From Utricularia gibba (lineage: Eukaryota; Plantae; Magnoliophyta), in assembly GCA_002189035.1 (NCBI GenBank), contig NEEC01000290.1:1-50598 (forward strand): a stretch of 50,598 nt of DNA, given 5' to 3'. Every line of letters begins with the position of its first letter. Within the stretch, counting starts at the first letter, position 1. Position numbers and translations under genes: made by a program. The notes beneath the pieces are model-generated. The model saw only the letters and a list, made by a program, of their open reading frames with translations. It did no database searches and was not told the origin of the DNA. This document shows, piece after piece, positions 37,501 to 50,598 of the stretch.

Positions 37501-40500
37501 CCTTGAAAAACCATGTAGGCAGCCCCTGAAAACCGAACGTTAATAAATGCATCACTTTAGTTGCAGGCTACAACTAACTTTCGGCCCAAGCCAACCTGAC
37601 CATTGTCCCGTTCCAGGTGCCCCCAAGACCGCCTCCTCAAGTATAAAGTAAGTTGTTGAAAAAATCATGTGGGGTGCACGTGACATCTTACTTTAAACAA
37701 ATGCATCATTATTTTCGTCGACTCGCACCGGTTGGGCTCATGAGCCGGACCACGGGGCTTGACCAAGTGCCCAGTTAAAGTGGCCGCCACAAAACGAGAA
37801 GCTGTTCCTTGAAAAACCTTGTAGGCAGCCCCTGAAAACCGAACGTTAATAAATGCATCACTTTATTTGCAAGGCTACAACTAACTTTCGGCCCAAGCCA
37901 ACCTGACCTTGTCCCGTTCCAGGTGCCCCCCAAGACCGCCTCTCAAGTATAAAGTAAGTTGTTGAAAAAATCATGTGGGGTGCACGTGACATCTTACTTT
38001 AAACAAACGCATCATTATTTTCGTCGACTCGCACCGGTTGGACTCATGAGCCGGACTGAACGGGGGGCCCGACCAAGTGCCAGCGAGAGTAGTCGCCACA
38101 AAACGAGAAGCTGTTCCTTGAAAAACCATGTAGGCAGCCCCTGAAAACCGAACGTTAATAAATGCATCACTTTAGTTGCCAGGCTACAACTAACTTTCGG
38201 CCCAAACCAACCTGACCATTGTCCCGTTCCAGGTGCCCCCAAGACCGCCTCCTCAAGTATAAAGTAAGTTGTTGAAAAAATCATGTGGGGTGCACGTGAC
38301 ATCTTACTTTAAAAAATGCATCATTATTTTCGTCGACTCGCACCGGTTGGGCTCATGAGCCGGACAAACGGAGGGCTTGACCAAGTGCCCAGTTAAGTGG
38401 CGCCACAAAACGAGAAGCTGTTCCTTGAAAAACCTTGTAGGCAGCGCCCGAAAACCGAACGTTAATAAATGCATCACTTTATTTGCAGGCTACAACTAAC
38501 TTTCGTCCCAAGCCCAACCTGACCATTGTCCGTTCAGGTGCCCCCAAGACCGCCTCCTCAGTATAAAGTAAGTTGTTGAAAAAATCATGTGGGGTGCACG
38601 TGACATCTTACTTTAAACAAATGCATCATTATTTTCGTCGACTCGCACCGGTTGGACTCATGAGCCGGACGAACGGGGCCCGACCAAGTGCCCAGCGAGA
38701 GTAGTCGCCACAAAACGAGAAGCTGTTCCTTGAAAAACCATGTAGGCAGCCCCTGAAAACCGAACGTTAATAAATGCATCACTTTAGTTGCCAGGCTACA
38801 ACTAACTTTCGGCCCAAACCAACCTGACCATTGTCCCGTTCAAGGTGCCCCCAAGACCGCCTCCTCAAGTATAAAGTAAGTTGTTGAAAAAATCATGTGG
38901 GGTGCACGTGACATCTTACTTTAAAAAATGCATCATTATTTTCGTCGACTCGCACCGGTTGGGCTCATGAGCCGGACCAAACGGGGCCGACCAAGTGCCC
39001 AGTGTGGCCGCACAAAACGAGAAGCTGTTCCTTGAAAAACTTGTAGGCAGCCCTGAAAACCGAACGTTAATAAATGCATCACTTTAGTTGCAAGGCTACA
39101 ACTAACTTTCGGCCCAAGCCAACCTGACCATTGTCCCGTTCAGGTGCCCCCAAGACCGCCTCCTCAAGTATAAAGTAAGTTGTTGAAAAAATCATGTGGG
39201 GTGCACGTGACATCTTACTTTAAACAAATGCATCATTATTTTCGTCGACTCGCACCCGGTTGGGCTCATGAGCCGGACTGAACGGGGGGGCCCGACCAAG
39301 TGCCCAGCGAGAGTAGTCGCCACAAAACGAGAAGCTGTTCCTTGAAAAAACCTTGTAGGCAGCCCCTGAAAACCGAACGTTAATAAATGCATCACTTTAG
39401 TTGCCAGGCTACAACTAACTTTCGGCCCAAGCCAACCTGACCATTGTCCCGTTCAGGTGCCCCCCAAGACCGCTCCTCAAGTATAAAGTAAGTTGTTGAA
39501 AAAATCATGTGGGGTGCACGTGACATCTTACTTTAAACAAATGCATCATTATTTTCGTCGACTCGCACCGGTTGGCTCATGAGCCGGACCGAACGGCGCC
39601 GACCAAGTGCCCAGCGAGAGTAGTCGCCACAAAACGAGAAGCTGTTCCTTGAAAAACCATGTAGGCAGCCCCTGAAAACCGAACGTTAATAAATGCATCA
39701 CTTTAGTTGCCAGGCTACAACTAACTTTCGGCCCCAAGCCAACCTGACCATTGTCCCGTTCAGGTGCCCCAAAGACCGCCTCCTCAAGTATAAAGTAAGT
39801 TGTTGAAAAAATCATGTGGGGTGCACGTGACATCTTACTTTAAACAAATGCATCATTATTTTCGTCGACTCGCACCGGTTGGACTCATGAGCCGGACTGA
39901 ACGGGGGGCCCGACCAAGTGCCCAGCGAGAGTAGTCGCCACAAAACGAGAAGCTGTTCCTTGAAAAACCATGTAGGCAGCCCCTGAAAACCGAACGTTAA
40001 TAAATGCATCACTTTAGTTGCCAGGCTACAACTAACTTTCGGCCCAAGCCAACCTGACCTTGTCCCGTTCTAGGTGCCCCAAGACCGCCTCCTCAAGTAT
40101 AAAGTAAGTTGTTGAAAAAATCATGTGGGGTGCACGTGACATCTTACTTTTAAAAAATGCATCATTATTTTCGTCGACTCGCACCGGTTGGGCTCATGAG
40201 CCGGACCAAACGGAGGCCGACCAAGTGCCCAGAAAGTGGCCGCACAAAACGAGAAGCTGTTCCTTGAAAAACCATGTAGGCAGCCCCTGAAAACCGAACG
40301 TTAATAAATGCATCACTTTATTTGCCAGGCTACAACTAACTTTCGGCCCAAGCCAACCTGACCATTGTCCCGTTCAGGTGCCCCCCAAGACCGCCTCCTC
40401 AAGTATAAAGTAAGTTGTTGAAAAAATCATGTGGGGTGCACGTGACATCTTACTTTAAACAAATGCATCATTATTTTCGTCGACTCGCACCGGTTGGACT

Positions 40501-43500
40501 CATGAGCCGGACTGAACGGGGCCCGACCAAGTGCCCAGCGAGAGTAGTCGCCACAAAACGAGAAGCTGTTCCTTGAAAAACCATGTAGGCAGCCCCTGAA
40601 AACCGAACGTTAATAAATGCATCACTTTAGTTGCCAGGCTACAACTAACTTTCGGCCCAAGCCAACCTGACCATTGTCCCGTTCAGGTGCCCCCAAGACC
40701 GCCTCCTCAAGTATAAAGTAAGTTGTTGAAAAAATCATGTGGGGTGCACGTGACATCTTACTTTAAACAAATGCATCATTATTTTCGTCGACTCGCACCG
40801 GTTGGGCTCATGAGCCGGACCAAACGGGGGCTTGACCAAGTGCCCAGTTAGTGGCCACAAAACGAGAAGCTGTTCCTTGAAAAACCTGTAGGCAGCGCCC
40901 GAAAACCGAACGTTAATAAATGCATCACTTTATTTGCAAGGCTACAACTAACTTTCGGCCCAAGCCAACCTGACCATTGTCCCGTTTAGGTGCCCCCAAG
41001 ACCGCCTCCTCAAGTATAAAGTAAGTTGTTGAAAAAATCATGTGGGGTGCACGTGACATCTTACTTTAAACAAATGCATCATTATTTTCGTCGACTCGCA
41101 CCGGTTGGACTCATGAGCCGGACCGAACGCAGCGCCGACCAAGTGCCCAGCGAGAGTAGTCGCCACAAAACGAGAAGCTGTTCCTTGAAAAACCATGTAG
41201 GCAGCCCCTGAAAACCGAACGTTAATAAATGCATCACTTTAGTTGCCAGGCTACAACTAACTTTCGTCCCAAGCCAAACCTGACCATTGTCCCGTTCCAG
41301 GTGCCCCCCAAGACCGCCTCCTCAAGTATAAAGTAAGTTGTTGAAAAAATCATGTGGGGTGCACGTGACATCTTACTTTAAACAAATGCATCATTATTTT
41401 CGTCGACTCGCACCGTTTGGCTCATGAGCCGGACAAACGGGGCCGACCAAGTGCCAGCAGAGAGTCACACAAAACGAGAAGCTGTTCCTTGAAAAACCAT
41501 GTAGGCAGCCCGAAAACCGAACGTTAATAAATGCATCACTTTATTTGCCAGGCTACAACTAACTTTCGGCCCAAGCCCAACCTGACCATTGTCCCGTTCA
41601 GGTGCCCCAAGACCGCCTCCTCAAGTATAAAGTAAGTTGTTGAAAAAATCATGTGGGGTGCACGTGACATCTTACTTTAAAAAAATGCATCATTATTTTC
41701 GTCGACTCGCACCGGTTGGGCTCATGAGCCGGACCGAACGCAGCGCCGACCAAGTGCCCAGCGAGAGTAGTCGCCACAAAACGAGAAGCTGTTCCTTGAA
41801 AAACCATGTAGGCAGCCCCTGAAAACCGAACGTTAATAAATGCATCACTTTAGTTGCAGGCTACAACTAACTTTCGTCCCAAGCCAAACCTGACCATTGT
41901 CCCGTTCCAGGTGCCCCCCAAGACCGCCTCCTCAAGTATAAAGTAAGTTGTTGAAAAAATCATGTGGGGTGCACGTGACATCTTACTTTAAACAAACGCA
42001 TCATTATTTTCGTCGACTCGCACCGGTTGGACTCATGAGCCGGACTGAACGGGGGGCCCGACCAAGTGCCTAGCGAGAGTAGTCGCCACAAAACGAGAAG
42101 CTGTTCCTTGAAAAACCATGTAGGCAGCCCCTGAAAACCGAACGTTAATAAATGCATCACTTTAGTTGCCAGGCTACAACTAACTTTCGGCCCAAAAACC
42201 TGACCATTGTCCCGTTCCAGGTGCCCCCAAGACCGCCTCCTCAAGTATAAAGTAAGTTGTTGAAAAAATCATGTGGGGTGCACGTGACATCTTACTTTAA
42301 AAATGCATCATTATTTTCGTCGACTCGCACCGGTTGGGCTCATGAGCCGGACCAAACGGAGGCTTGACCAAGTGCCCAGTTAAAGTGGCCACAAAACGAG
42401 AAGCTGTTCCTTGAAAAACCTTGTAGGCAGCCCTGAAAACCGAACGTTAATAAATGCATCACTTTATTGCAAGGCTACAACTAACTTTCGGCCCAAGCCA
42501 ACCTGACCATTGTCCCGTTCAGGTGCCCCCAAGACCCTCCTCAAGTATAAAGTAAGTTGTTGAAAAAATCATGTGGGGTGCACGTGACATCTTACTTTAA
42601 ACAAACGCATCATTATTTTCGTCGACTCGCAGCCGGTTGGACTCATGAGCCGGACTGAACGGGGGGCCCGACCAAGTGCCTAGCGAGAGTAGTCGCCACA
42701 AAACGAGAAGCTGTTCCTTGAAAAACCATGTAGGCAGCCCGAAAACCGAACGTTAATAAATGCATCACTTTAGTTTGCCAGGCTACAACTAACTTTCGGC
42801 CCAAACCAACCTGACCATTGTCCCGTTCAGGTGCCCCCCAAGACCGCCTCCTCAAGTATAAAGTAAGTTGTTGAAAAAATCATGTGGGGTGCACGTGACA
42901 TCTTACTTTAAACAAACGCATCATTATTTTCGTCGACTCGCACCGGTTGGACTCATGAGCCGGACTGAACGGGGGCCCGACCAAGTGCCTAGCGAGAGTA
43001 GTCGCCACAAAACGAGAAGCTGTTCCTTGAAAAACCATGTAGGCAGCCCCTGAAAACCGAACGTTAATAAATGCATCACTTTATTTTGCAGGCTACAACT
43101 AACTTTCGTCCCAAGCCCAACCTGACCATTGTCCCGTTCAGGTGCCCCCCAAGACCGCCTCCTCAAGTATAAAGTAAGTTGTTGAAAAAATCATGTGGGG
43201 TGCACGTGACATCTTACTTTAAACAAATGCATCATTATTTTCGTCGACTCGCACCGGTTGGCTCATGAGCCGGACTGAACGGGGGGCCGACCAAGTGCCC
43301 AGCGAGAGTAGTCGCCACAAAACGAGAAGCTGTTCCTTGAAAAACCATGTAGGCAGCCCCTGAAAACCGAACGTTAATAAATGCATCACTTTAGTTGCCA
43401 GGCTACAACTAACTTTCGGCCCAAACCAACCTGACCATTGTCCCGTTCCAGGTGCCCCCCAAGACCGCCTCCTCAAGTATAAAGTAAGTTGTTGAAAAAA

Positions 43501-46500
43501 TCATGTGGGGTGCACGTGACATCTTACTTTAAAAAATGCATCATTATTTTCGTCGACTCGCACCGGTTGGGCTCATGAGCCGGACCAAACGGGGGCTTGA
43601 CCAAGTGCCCAGTTAAAGTGGCCACACAAACGAGAAGCTGTTCCTTGAAAAACCTTGTAGGCAGCCCCGAAAACCGAACGTTAATAAATGCATCACTTTA
43701 TTGCAAGGCTACAACTAACTTTCGGCCCAAGCCAACCTGACCATTGTCCCGTTTAGGTGCCCCCCAAGACCGCCTCCTCAAGTATAAAGTAAGTTGTTGA
43801 AAAATCATGTGGGGTGCACGTGACATCTTACTTTAAACAAATGCATCATTATTTTCGTCGACTCGCACGGTTGGACTCATGAGCCGGACCGAACGGGCGC
43901 CGGACCAAGTGCCCAGCGAGAGTAGTCGCCACAAAACGAGAAGCTGTTCCTTGAAAAACCATGTAGGCAGCCCCTGAAAACCGAACGTTAATAAATGCAT
44001 CACTTTAGTTGCCAGGCTACAACTAACTTTCGGCCCAAGCCAACCTGACCATTGTCCCGTTCCAGGTGCCCCCCAAGACCGCCTCCTCAAGTATAAAGTA
44101 AGTTGTTGAAAAAATCATGTGGGGTGCACGTGACATCTTACTTTAAACAAATGCATCATTATTTTCGTCGACTCGCACCGGTTGGACTCATGAGCCGGAC
44201 CGAACGTGCCCAGCGAGAGTAGTCGCCACAAAAACGAGAAGCTGTTCCTTGAAAAACCATGTAGGCAGCCCCTGAAAACCGAACGTTAATAAATGCATCA
44301 CTTTAGTTGCCAGGCTACAACTAACTTTCGGCCCAAGCCAACCTGACCATTGTCCCGTTCCAGGTGCCCCCAAGACCGCCTCCTCAAGTATAAAGTAAGT
44401 TGTTGAAAAAATCATGTGGGGTGCACGTGACATCTTACTTTAAACAAATGCATCATTATTTTCGTCGACTCGCACCGGTTGGGCTCATGAGCCGGACCAA
44501 ACGGGGGGCCGACCAAGTGCCCAGTCCGACACAAAACGAGAAGCTGTTCCTTGAAAAACCATGTAGGCAGCCCCTGAAAACCGAACGTTAATAAATGCAT
44601 CACTTTAGTTGCCAGGCTACAACTAACTTTCGGCCCAAGCCAAACCTGACCATTGTCCCGTTCTAGGTGCCCCCAAGACCGCCTCCTCAAGTATAAAGTA
44701 AGTTGTTGAAAAAATCATGTGGGGTGCACGTGACATCTTACTTTTAAACAAATGCATCATTATTTTCGTCGACTCGCACCCGGTTGGCTCATGAGCCGGA
44801 CCGAACGGGCCCGACCAAGTGCCAGCGAGAGTAGCGCCACAAAACGAGAAGCTGTTCCTTGAAAAACCATGTAGGCAGCCCCTGAAAACCGAACGTTAAT
44901 AAATGCATCACTTTAGTTGCCAGGCTACAACTAACTTTCGGCCCAAACCAACCTGACCATTGTCCCGTTCTAGGTGCCCCCAAGACCGCCTCCTCAAGTA
45001 TAAAGTAAGTTGTTGAAAAAATCATGTGGGGTGCACGTGACATCTTACTTTAAACAAATGCATCATTTTTTCGTCGACTCGCACCGGTTGGACTCATGAG
45101 CCGGACCGAACGGGGGCCCCCAAGTGCCCAGGAGAGTAGTCGCCACAAAACGAGAAGCTGTTCCTTTAAAAAACATGTAGGCAGCCCCGAAAACCGAACG
45201 TTAATAAATGCATCACTTTAGTTGCCAGGCTACAACTAACTTTCGGCCCAAGCCAACCTGACCATTGTCCCGTTCCAGGTGCCCCCAAGACCGCCTCCTC
45301 AAGTATAAAGTAAGTTGTTGAAAAAATCATGTGGGGTGCACGTGACATCTTACTTTAAACAAATGCATCATTATTTTCGTCGACTCGCACCGGTTGGACT
45401 CATGAGCCGGACTGAACGGGGGCCGACCAAGTGCCCAGCGAGAGTAGTCGCCACAAAACGAGAAGCTGTTCCTTGAAAAACCATGTAGGCAGCCCGAAAA
45501 CCGAACGTTAATAAATGCATCACTTTATTGCCAGGCTACAACTAACTTTCGGCCCAAGCCAACCTGACCATTGTCCCGTTCAGGTGCCCCCAAGACCGCC
45601 TCCTCAAGTATAAAGTAAGTTGTTGAAAAAATCATGTGGGGTGCACGTGACATCTTACTTTAAACAAATGCATCATTATTTTCGTCGACTCGCACCGGTT
45701 GGCTCATGAGCCGGACTGAACGGGGCCGACCAAGTGCCCAGCGAGAGTAGTCGCCACAAAACGAGAAGCTGTTCCTTGAAAAACCATGTAGGCAGCCCCT
45801 GAAAACCGAACGTTAATAAATGCATCACTTTAGTTGCCAGGCTACAACTAACTTTCGGCCCAAGCCAAACCTGACCATTGTCCCGTTCTAGGTGCCCCCC
45901 AAGACCGCCTCCTCAAGTATAAAGTAAGTTGTTGAAAAAATCATGTGGGGTGCACGTGACATCTTACTTTAAACAAATGCATCATTATTTTCGTCGACTC
46001 GCACCGGTTGGCTCATGAGCCGGACTGAACGGGGCCGGACCAAGTGCCCAGCGAGAGTAGTCGCCACAAAACGAGAAGCTGTTCCTTGAAAAACCATGTA
46101 GGCAGCCCCTGAAAACCGAACGTTAATAAATGCATCACTTTAGTTGCCAGGCTACAACTAACTTTCGGCCCAAGCCCAACCTGACCATTGTCCCGTTCAG
46201 GTGCCCCCCAAGACCGCCTCCTCAAGTATAAAGTAAGTTGTTGAAAAAATCATGTGGGGTGCACGTGACATCTTACTTTAAACAAACGCATCATTATTTT
46301 CGTCGACTCGCACCGGTTGGGCTCATGAGCCGGACTGAACGGGGCCCGACCAAGTGCCCAGTAGAGTGGCGCACAAAACGAGAAGCTGTTCCTTGAAAAC
46401 CTTGTAGGCAGCCCCTGAAAACCGAACGTTAATAAATGCATCACTTTAGTTGCCAGGCTACAACTAACTTTCGGCCCAAGCCAACCTGACCATTGTCCCG

Positions 46501-49500
46501 TTCAGGTGCCCCCAAGACCGCCTCCTCAAGTATAAAGTAAGTTGTTGAAAAAATCATGTGGGGTGCACGTGACATCTTACTTTAAACAAATGCATCATTA
46601 TTTCGTCGACTCGCACCGGTTGGGCTCATGAGCCGGACCAAACGGAGGCGACCAAGTGCCAGCGAAGTGGCCGCACAAAACGAGAAGCTGTTCCTTGAAA
46701 AACCTTGTAGGCAGCCCCTGAAAACCGAACGTTAATAAATGCATCACTTTATTTGCCAGGCTACAACTAACTTTCGGCCCAAGCCAACCTGACCATTGTC
46801 CCGTTCAGGTGCCCCCAAGACCGCCTCCTCAAGTATAAAGTAAGTTGTTGAAAAAATCATGTGGGGTGCACGTGACATCTTACTTTAAACAAATGCATCA
46901 TTATTTTCGTCGACTCGCACCGGCTCTCATGAGCCGGACCGAACGCAGCGCCACCAAGTGCCCAGCGAGAGTAGTCGCCACAAAACGAGAAGCTGTTCCT
47001 TGAAAAACCATGTAGGCAGCCCCTGAAAACCGAACGTTAATAAATGCATCACTTTAGTTGCCAGGCTACAACTAACTTTCGGCCCAAGCCAACCTGACCA
47101 TTGTCCCGTTCAGGTGCCCCCAAGACCGCCTCCTCAAGTATAAAGTAAGTTGTTGAAAAAATCATGTGGGGTGCACGACATCTTACTTTAAACAAATGCA
47201 TCATTATTTTCGTCGACTCGCACCGGTTGGGCTCATGAGCCGGACTGAACGGGGGCCCCGACCAAGTGCCCAGCGAGAGTGTCGCCACAAAACGAGAAGC
47301 TGTTCCTTGAAAAACCATTAGGCAGCCCCTGAAAACCGAACGTTAATAAATGCATCACTTTAGTTGCCAGGCTACAACTAACTTTCGGCCCAAACCAACC
47401 TGACCATTGTCCCGTTCCAGGTGCCCCCCAAGACCGCCTCCTCAAGTATAAAGTAAGTTGTTGAAAAAATCATGTGGGGTGCACGTGACATCTTACTTTA
47501 AACAAATGCATCATTATTTTCGTCGACTCGCACCGGTTGGCTCATGAGCCGGACCAAACGGAGGGCCGACCAAGTGCCCAGCGAGAGTGGCCGCACAAAA
47601 CGAGAAGCTGTTCCTTGAAAAACCATGTAGGCAGCCCCGAAAACCGAACGTTAATAAATGCATCACTTTATTTGCCAGGCTACAACTAACTTTCGGCCCA
47701 AGCCAAACCTGACCATTGTCCCGTTCCAGGTGCCCCCCAAGACCGCCTCCTCAAGTATAAAGTAAGTTGTTGAAAAAATCATGTGGGGTGCACGTGACAT
47801 CTTACTTTAAACAAATGCATCATTATTTTCGTCGACTCGCACCGGTTGGACTCATGAGCCGGACTGAACGGGGCCGGACCAAGTGCCCAGCGAGAGTAGT
47901 CGCCACAAAACGAGAAGCTGTTCCTTGAAAAACCATGTAGGCAGCCCCTGAAAACCGAACGTTAATAAATGCATCACTTTATTTGCCAGGCTACAACTAA
48001 CTTTCGGCCCAAGCCCAACCTGACCATTGTCCCGTTCAAGGTGCCCCCAAGACCGCCTCCTCAAGTATAAAGTAAGTTGTTGAAAAAATCATGTGGGGTG
48101 CACGTGACATCTTACTTTAAACAAATGCATCATTATTTTCGTCGACTCGCACCGGTTGGGCTCATGAGCGGACCAAACGGAGGCTTGACCAAGTGCCCAG
48201 TTAGAGTGGCCGACACAAAACGAGAAGCTGTTCCTTGAAAAACCATGTAGGCAGCCCCTGAAAACCGAACGTTAATAAATGCATCACTTTAGTTGCCAGG
48301 CTACAACTAACTTTCGCCCAAGCCAACCTGACCATTGTCCCGTTCAGGTGCCCCCAAGACCGCCTCCTCAAGTATAAAGTAAGTTGTTGAAAAAATCATG
48401 TGGGGTGCACGTGACATCTTACTTTAAACAAATGCATCATTATTTTCGTCGACTCGCACCGGTTGGACTCATGAGCCGGACCAACGGAGGCCGACCAAGT
48501 GCCCAGTTAAAGTGGCCGACACAAAACGAGAAGCTGTTCCTTGAAAAACCTTGTAGGCAGCCCCGAAAACCGAACGTTAATAAATGCATCACTTTATTGC
48601 AAGGCTACAACTAACTTTCGGCCCAAGCCAACCTGACCATTGTCCCGTTCAGGTGCCCCAAGACCGCCTCCTCAAGTATAAAGTAAGTTGTTGAAAAAAT
48701 CATGTGGGTGCACGTGACATCTTACTTTAAACAAATGCATCATTATTTTCGTCGACTCGCACCGGTTGGACTCATGAGCGGACCGAACGGGGCCGGACCA
48801 AGTGCCCAGCGAGAGTAGTCGCCACAAAACGAGAAGCTGTTCCTTGAAAAACCTGTAGGCAGCCCCTGAAAACCGAACGTTAATAAATGCATCACTTTAG
48901 TTTGCCAGGCTACAACTAACTTTCGTCCCAAGCCAACCTGACCATTGTCCCGTTCAGGTGCCCCCAAGACCGCCTCCTCAAGTATAAAGTAAGTTGTTGA
49001 AAAAATCATGTGGGGTGCACGTGACATCTTACTTTAAACAAATGCATCATTATTTTCGTCGACTCGCACCGGTTGGGCTCATGAGCCGGACCAAACGGAG
49101 GCCGACCAAGTGCCCAGAGAGTGGCCGCCACAAAACGAGAAGCTGTTCCTTGAAAAACCTTGTAGGCAGCCCCTGAAAACCGAACGTTAATAAATGCATC
49201 TTTATTTGCAAGGCTACAACTAACTTTCGGCCCAAGGCCAACCTGACCATTGTCCCGTTCAGGTGCCCCCCACCTCCTCAAGTATAAAGTAAGTTGTTGA
49301 AAAAATCATGTGGGGTGCACGTGACATCTTACTTTAAACAAACGCATCATTATTTTCGTCGACTCGCACCGGTTGGACTCATGAGCCGGACTGAACGGGG
49401 CCCGACCAAGTGCCTAGCGAGAGTAGTGCCACAAAACGAGAAGCTGTTCCTTGAAAAACCATGTAGGCAGCCCTGAAAACCGAACGTTAATAAATGCATC

Positions 49501-50598
49501 ACTTTATTGCCAGGCTACAACTAACTTTCGGCCCAAACCAACCTGACCATTGTCCCGTTCCAGGTGCCCCCAAGACCGCCTCCTCAAGTATAAAGTAAGT
49601 TGTTGAAAAAATCATGTGGGGTGCACGTGACATCTTACTTTAAACAAATGCATCATTATTTTCGTCGACTCGCACCGGTTGGGCTCATGAGCCGGACCAA
49701 CGGGCGACCAAGTGCCCAGTTAAAGTGGCGACACAAAACGAGAAGCTGTTCCTTGAAAAACCTGTAGGCAGCCCCGAAAACCGAACGTTAATAAATGCAT
49801 CACTTTATTTGCAAGGCTACAACTAACTTTCGGCCCAAGCCAACCTGACCATTGTCCCGTTTCAGGTGCCCCCCAAGACCGCCTCCTCAAGTATAAAGTA
49901 AGTTGTTGAAAAAATCATTGGGGTGCACGTGACATCTTACTTTAAACAAACGCATCATTATTTTCGTCGACTCGCACCGGTTGGACTCATGAGCCGGACT
50001 GAACGGGGGCCCGACCAAGTGCCTAGCGAGAGTAGTCGCCACAAAAACGAGAAGCTGTTCCTTGAAAAACCATGTAGGCAGCCCTGAAAACCGAACGTTA
50101 ATAAATGCATCACTTTAGTTGCCAGGCTACAACTAACTTTCGGCCCAAACCTAACCTGACCATTGTCCCGTTCCAGGTGCCCCCAAGACCGCCTCCTCAA
50201 GTATAAAGTAAGTTGTTGAAAAAATCATGTGGGGTGCACGTGACATCTTACTTTAAACAAATGCATCATTATTTTCGTCGACTCGCACCGGTTGGGCTCA
50301 TGAGCCGGACCAAACGGAGGGCTTGACCAAGTGCCCAGTTAAAGTGGCCGACACAAAACGAGAAGCTGTTCCTTTAAAAACCTGTAGGCAGCCCCTGAAA
50401 ACCGAACGTTAATAAATGCATCACTTTATTTGCCAGGCTACAACTAACTTTCGGCCAACCAAACCTGACCATTGTCCCGTTCAGGTGCCCCCAAGACCGC
50501 CTCCTCAAGTATAAAGTAAGTTGTTGAAAAATCATGTGGGGTGCACGTGACATCTTACTTTAAACAAATGCATCATTATTTTCGTCGACTCGCACCCG

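Larger units (their letters stand above)
1..50598. repeat. Tandem satellite-like array, ~309-bp unit, ~165 head-to-tail copies, running off both window ends
   Basis: The same landmarks (ttgttgaaaaaatcatgtggggtgcacgtgac; ctcatgagcc; gaaaaccgaacgttaataaatgcatc) recur in the same order throughout. The ctcatgag landmark runs from ~241 to ~50293 over 163 intervals, a mean of ~307 bp; clean copies are 308-310 bp. No non-repeat sequence was seen. Confidence 0.98.

Noticed and set aside
142-50200. The many 60-118 aa ORFs on both strands (MSRAPHMIF..., MRRRSWG..., MLKKSCGVH...)
   Set aside because: They are translations of the same repeat. They change frame and length from copy to copy with homopolymer indels, no frame is preserved, and I recognise no domain.
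1-50598. CRISPR array or a cassette array with variable inserts
   Set aside because: The unit is ~309 bp, and the variable segment consists of a few recurring alleles of one sequence rather than unique spacers. There are no cas or integrase genes.
1-50598. Rolling-circle concatemer of one ~309-nt circle (viroid, satellite RNA or eccDNA)
   Set aside because: A single template should give one haplotype plus unlinked errors. Linked multi-site subfamilies, domains and block duplications argue against it. I also found no viroid central conserved region or convincing rod-like self-complementarity by eye, though folding was not computed.

Overview
The whole 50.6-kb window is one uninterrupted head-to-tail tandem array of a ~309-bp unit. 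By hand count there are about 165 copies (mean period ~307 bp, ~50% GC), all in the same orientation. I see no unique sequence, gene, RNA gene, transposon or inversion, and every ORF in the track is a frame-shifting translation of the repeat. The best reading is satellite DNA, probably eukaryotic and possibly plant, from a noisy long-read sequence or assembly, since homopolymer lengths fluctuate from copy to copy. Structure found by reading the sequence: (1) the 309-bp unit is an old dimer of two ~54%-identical 154/155-bp monomers; (2) one monomer is CpG-rich and the other looks CpG-decayed; (3) at least four linked-variant subfamilies are arranged non-randomly, with an A-rich domain, A/B alternation and a duplicated 4-unit block; (4) recurrent C>T changes occur in CG and CHG contexts; (5) there is a dense cluster of 6-bp palindromes that on the minus strand resembles a broken hammerhead ribozyme core. 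I cannot name the family or host, and I do not find convincing evidence of a new coding or RNA system. All counts are by eye and approximate.
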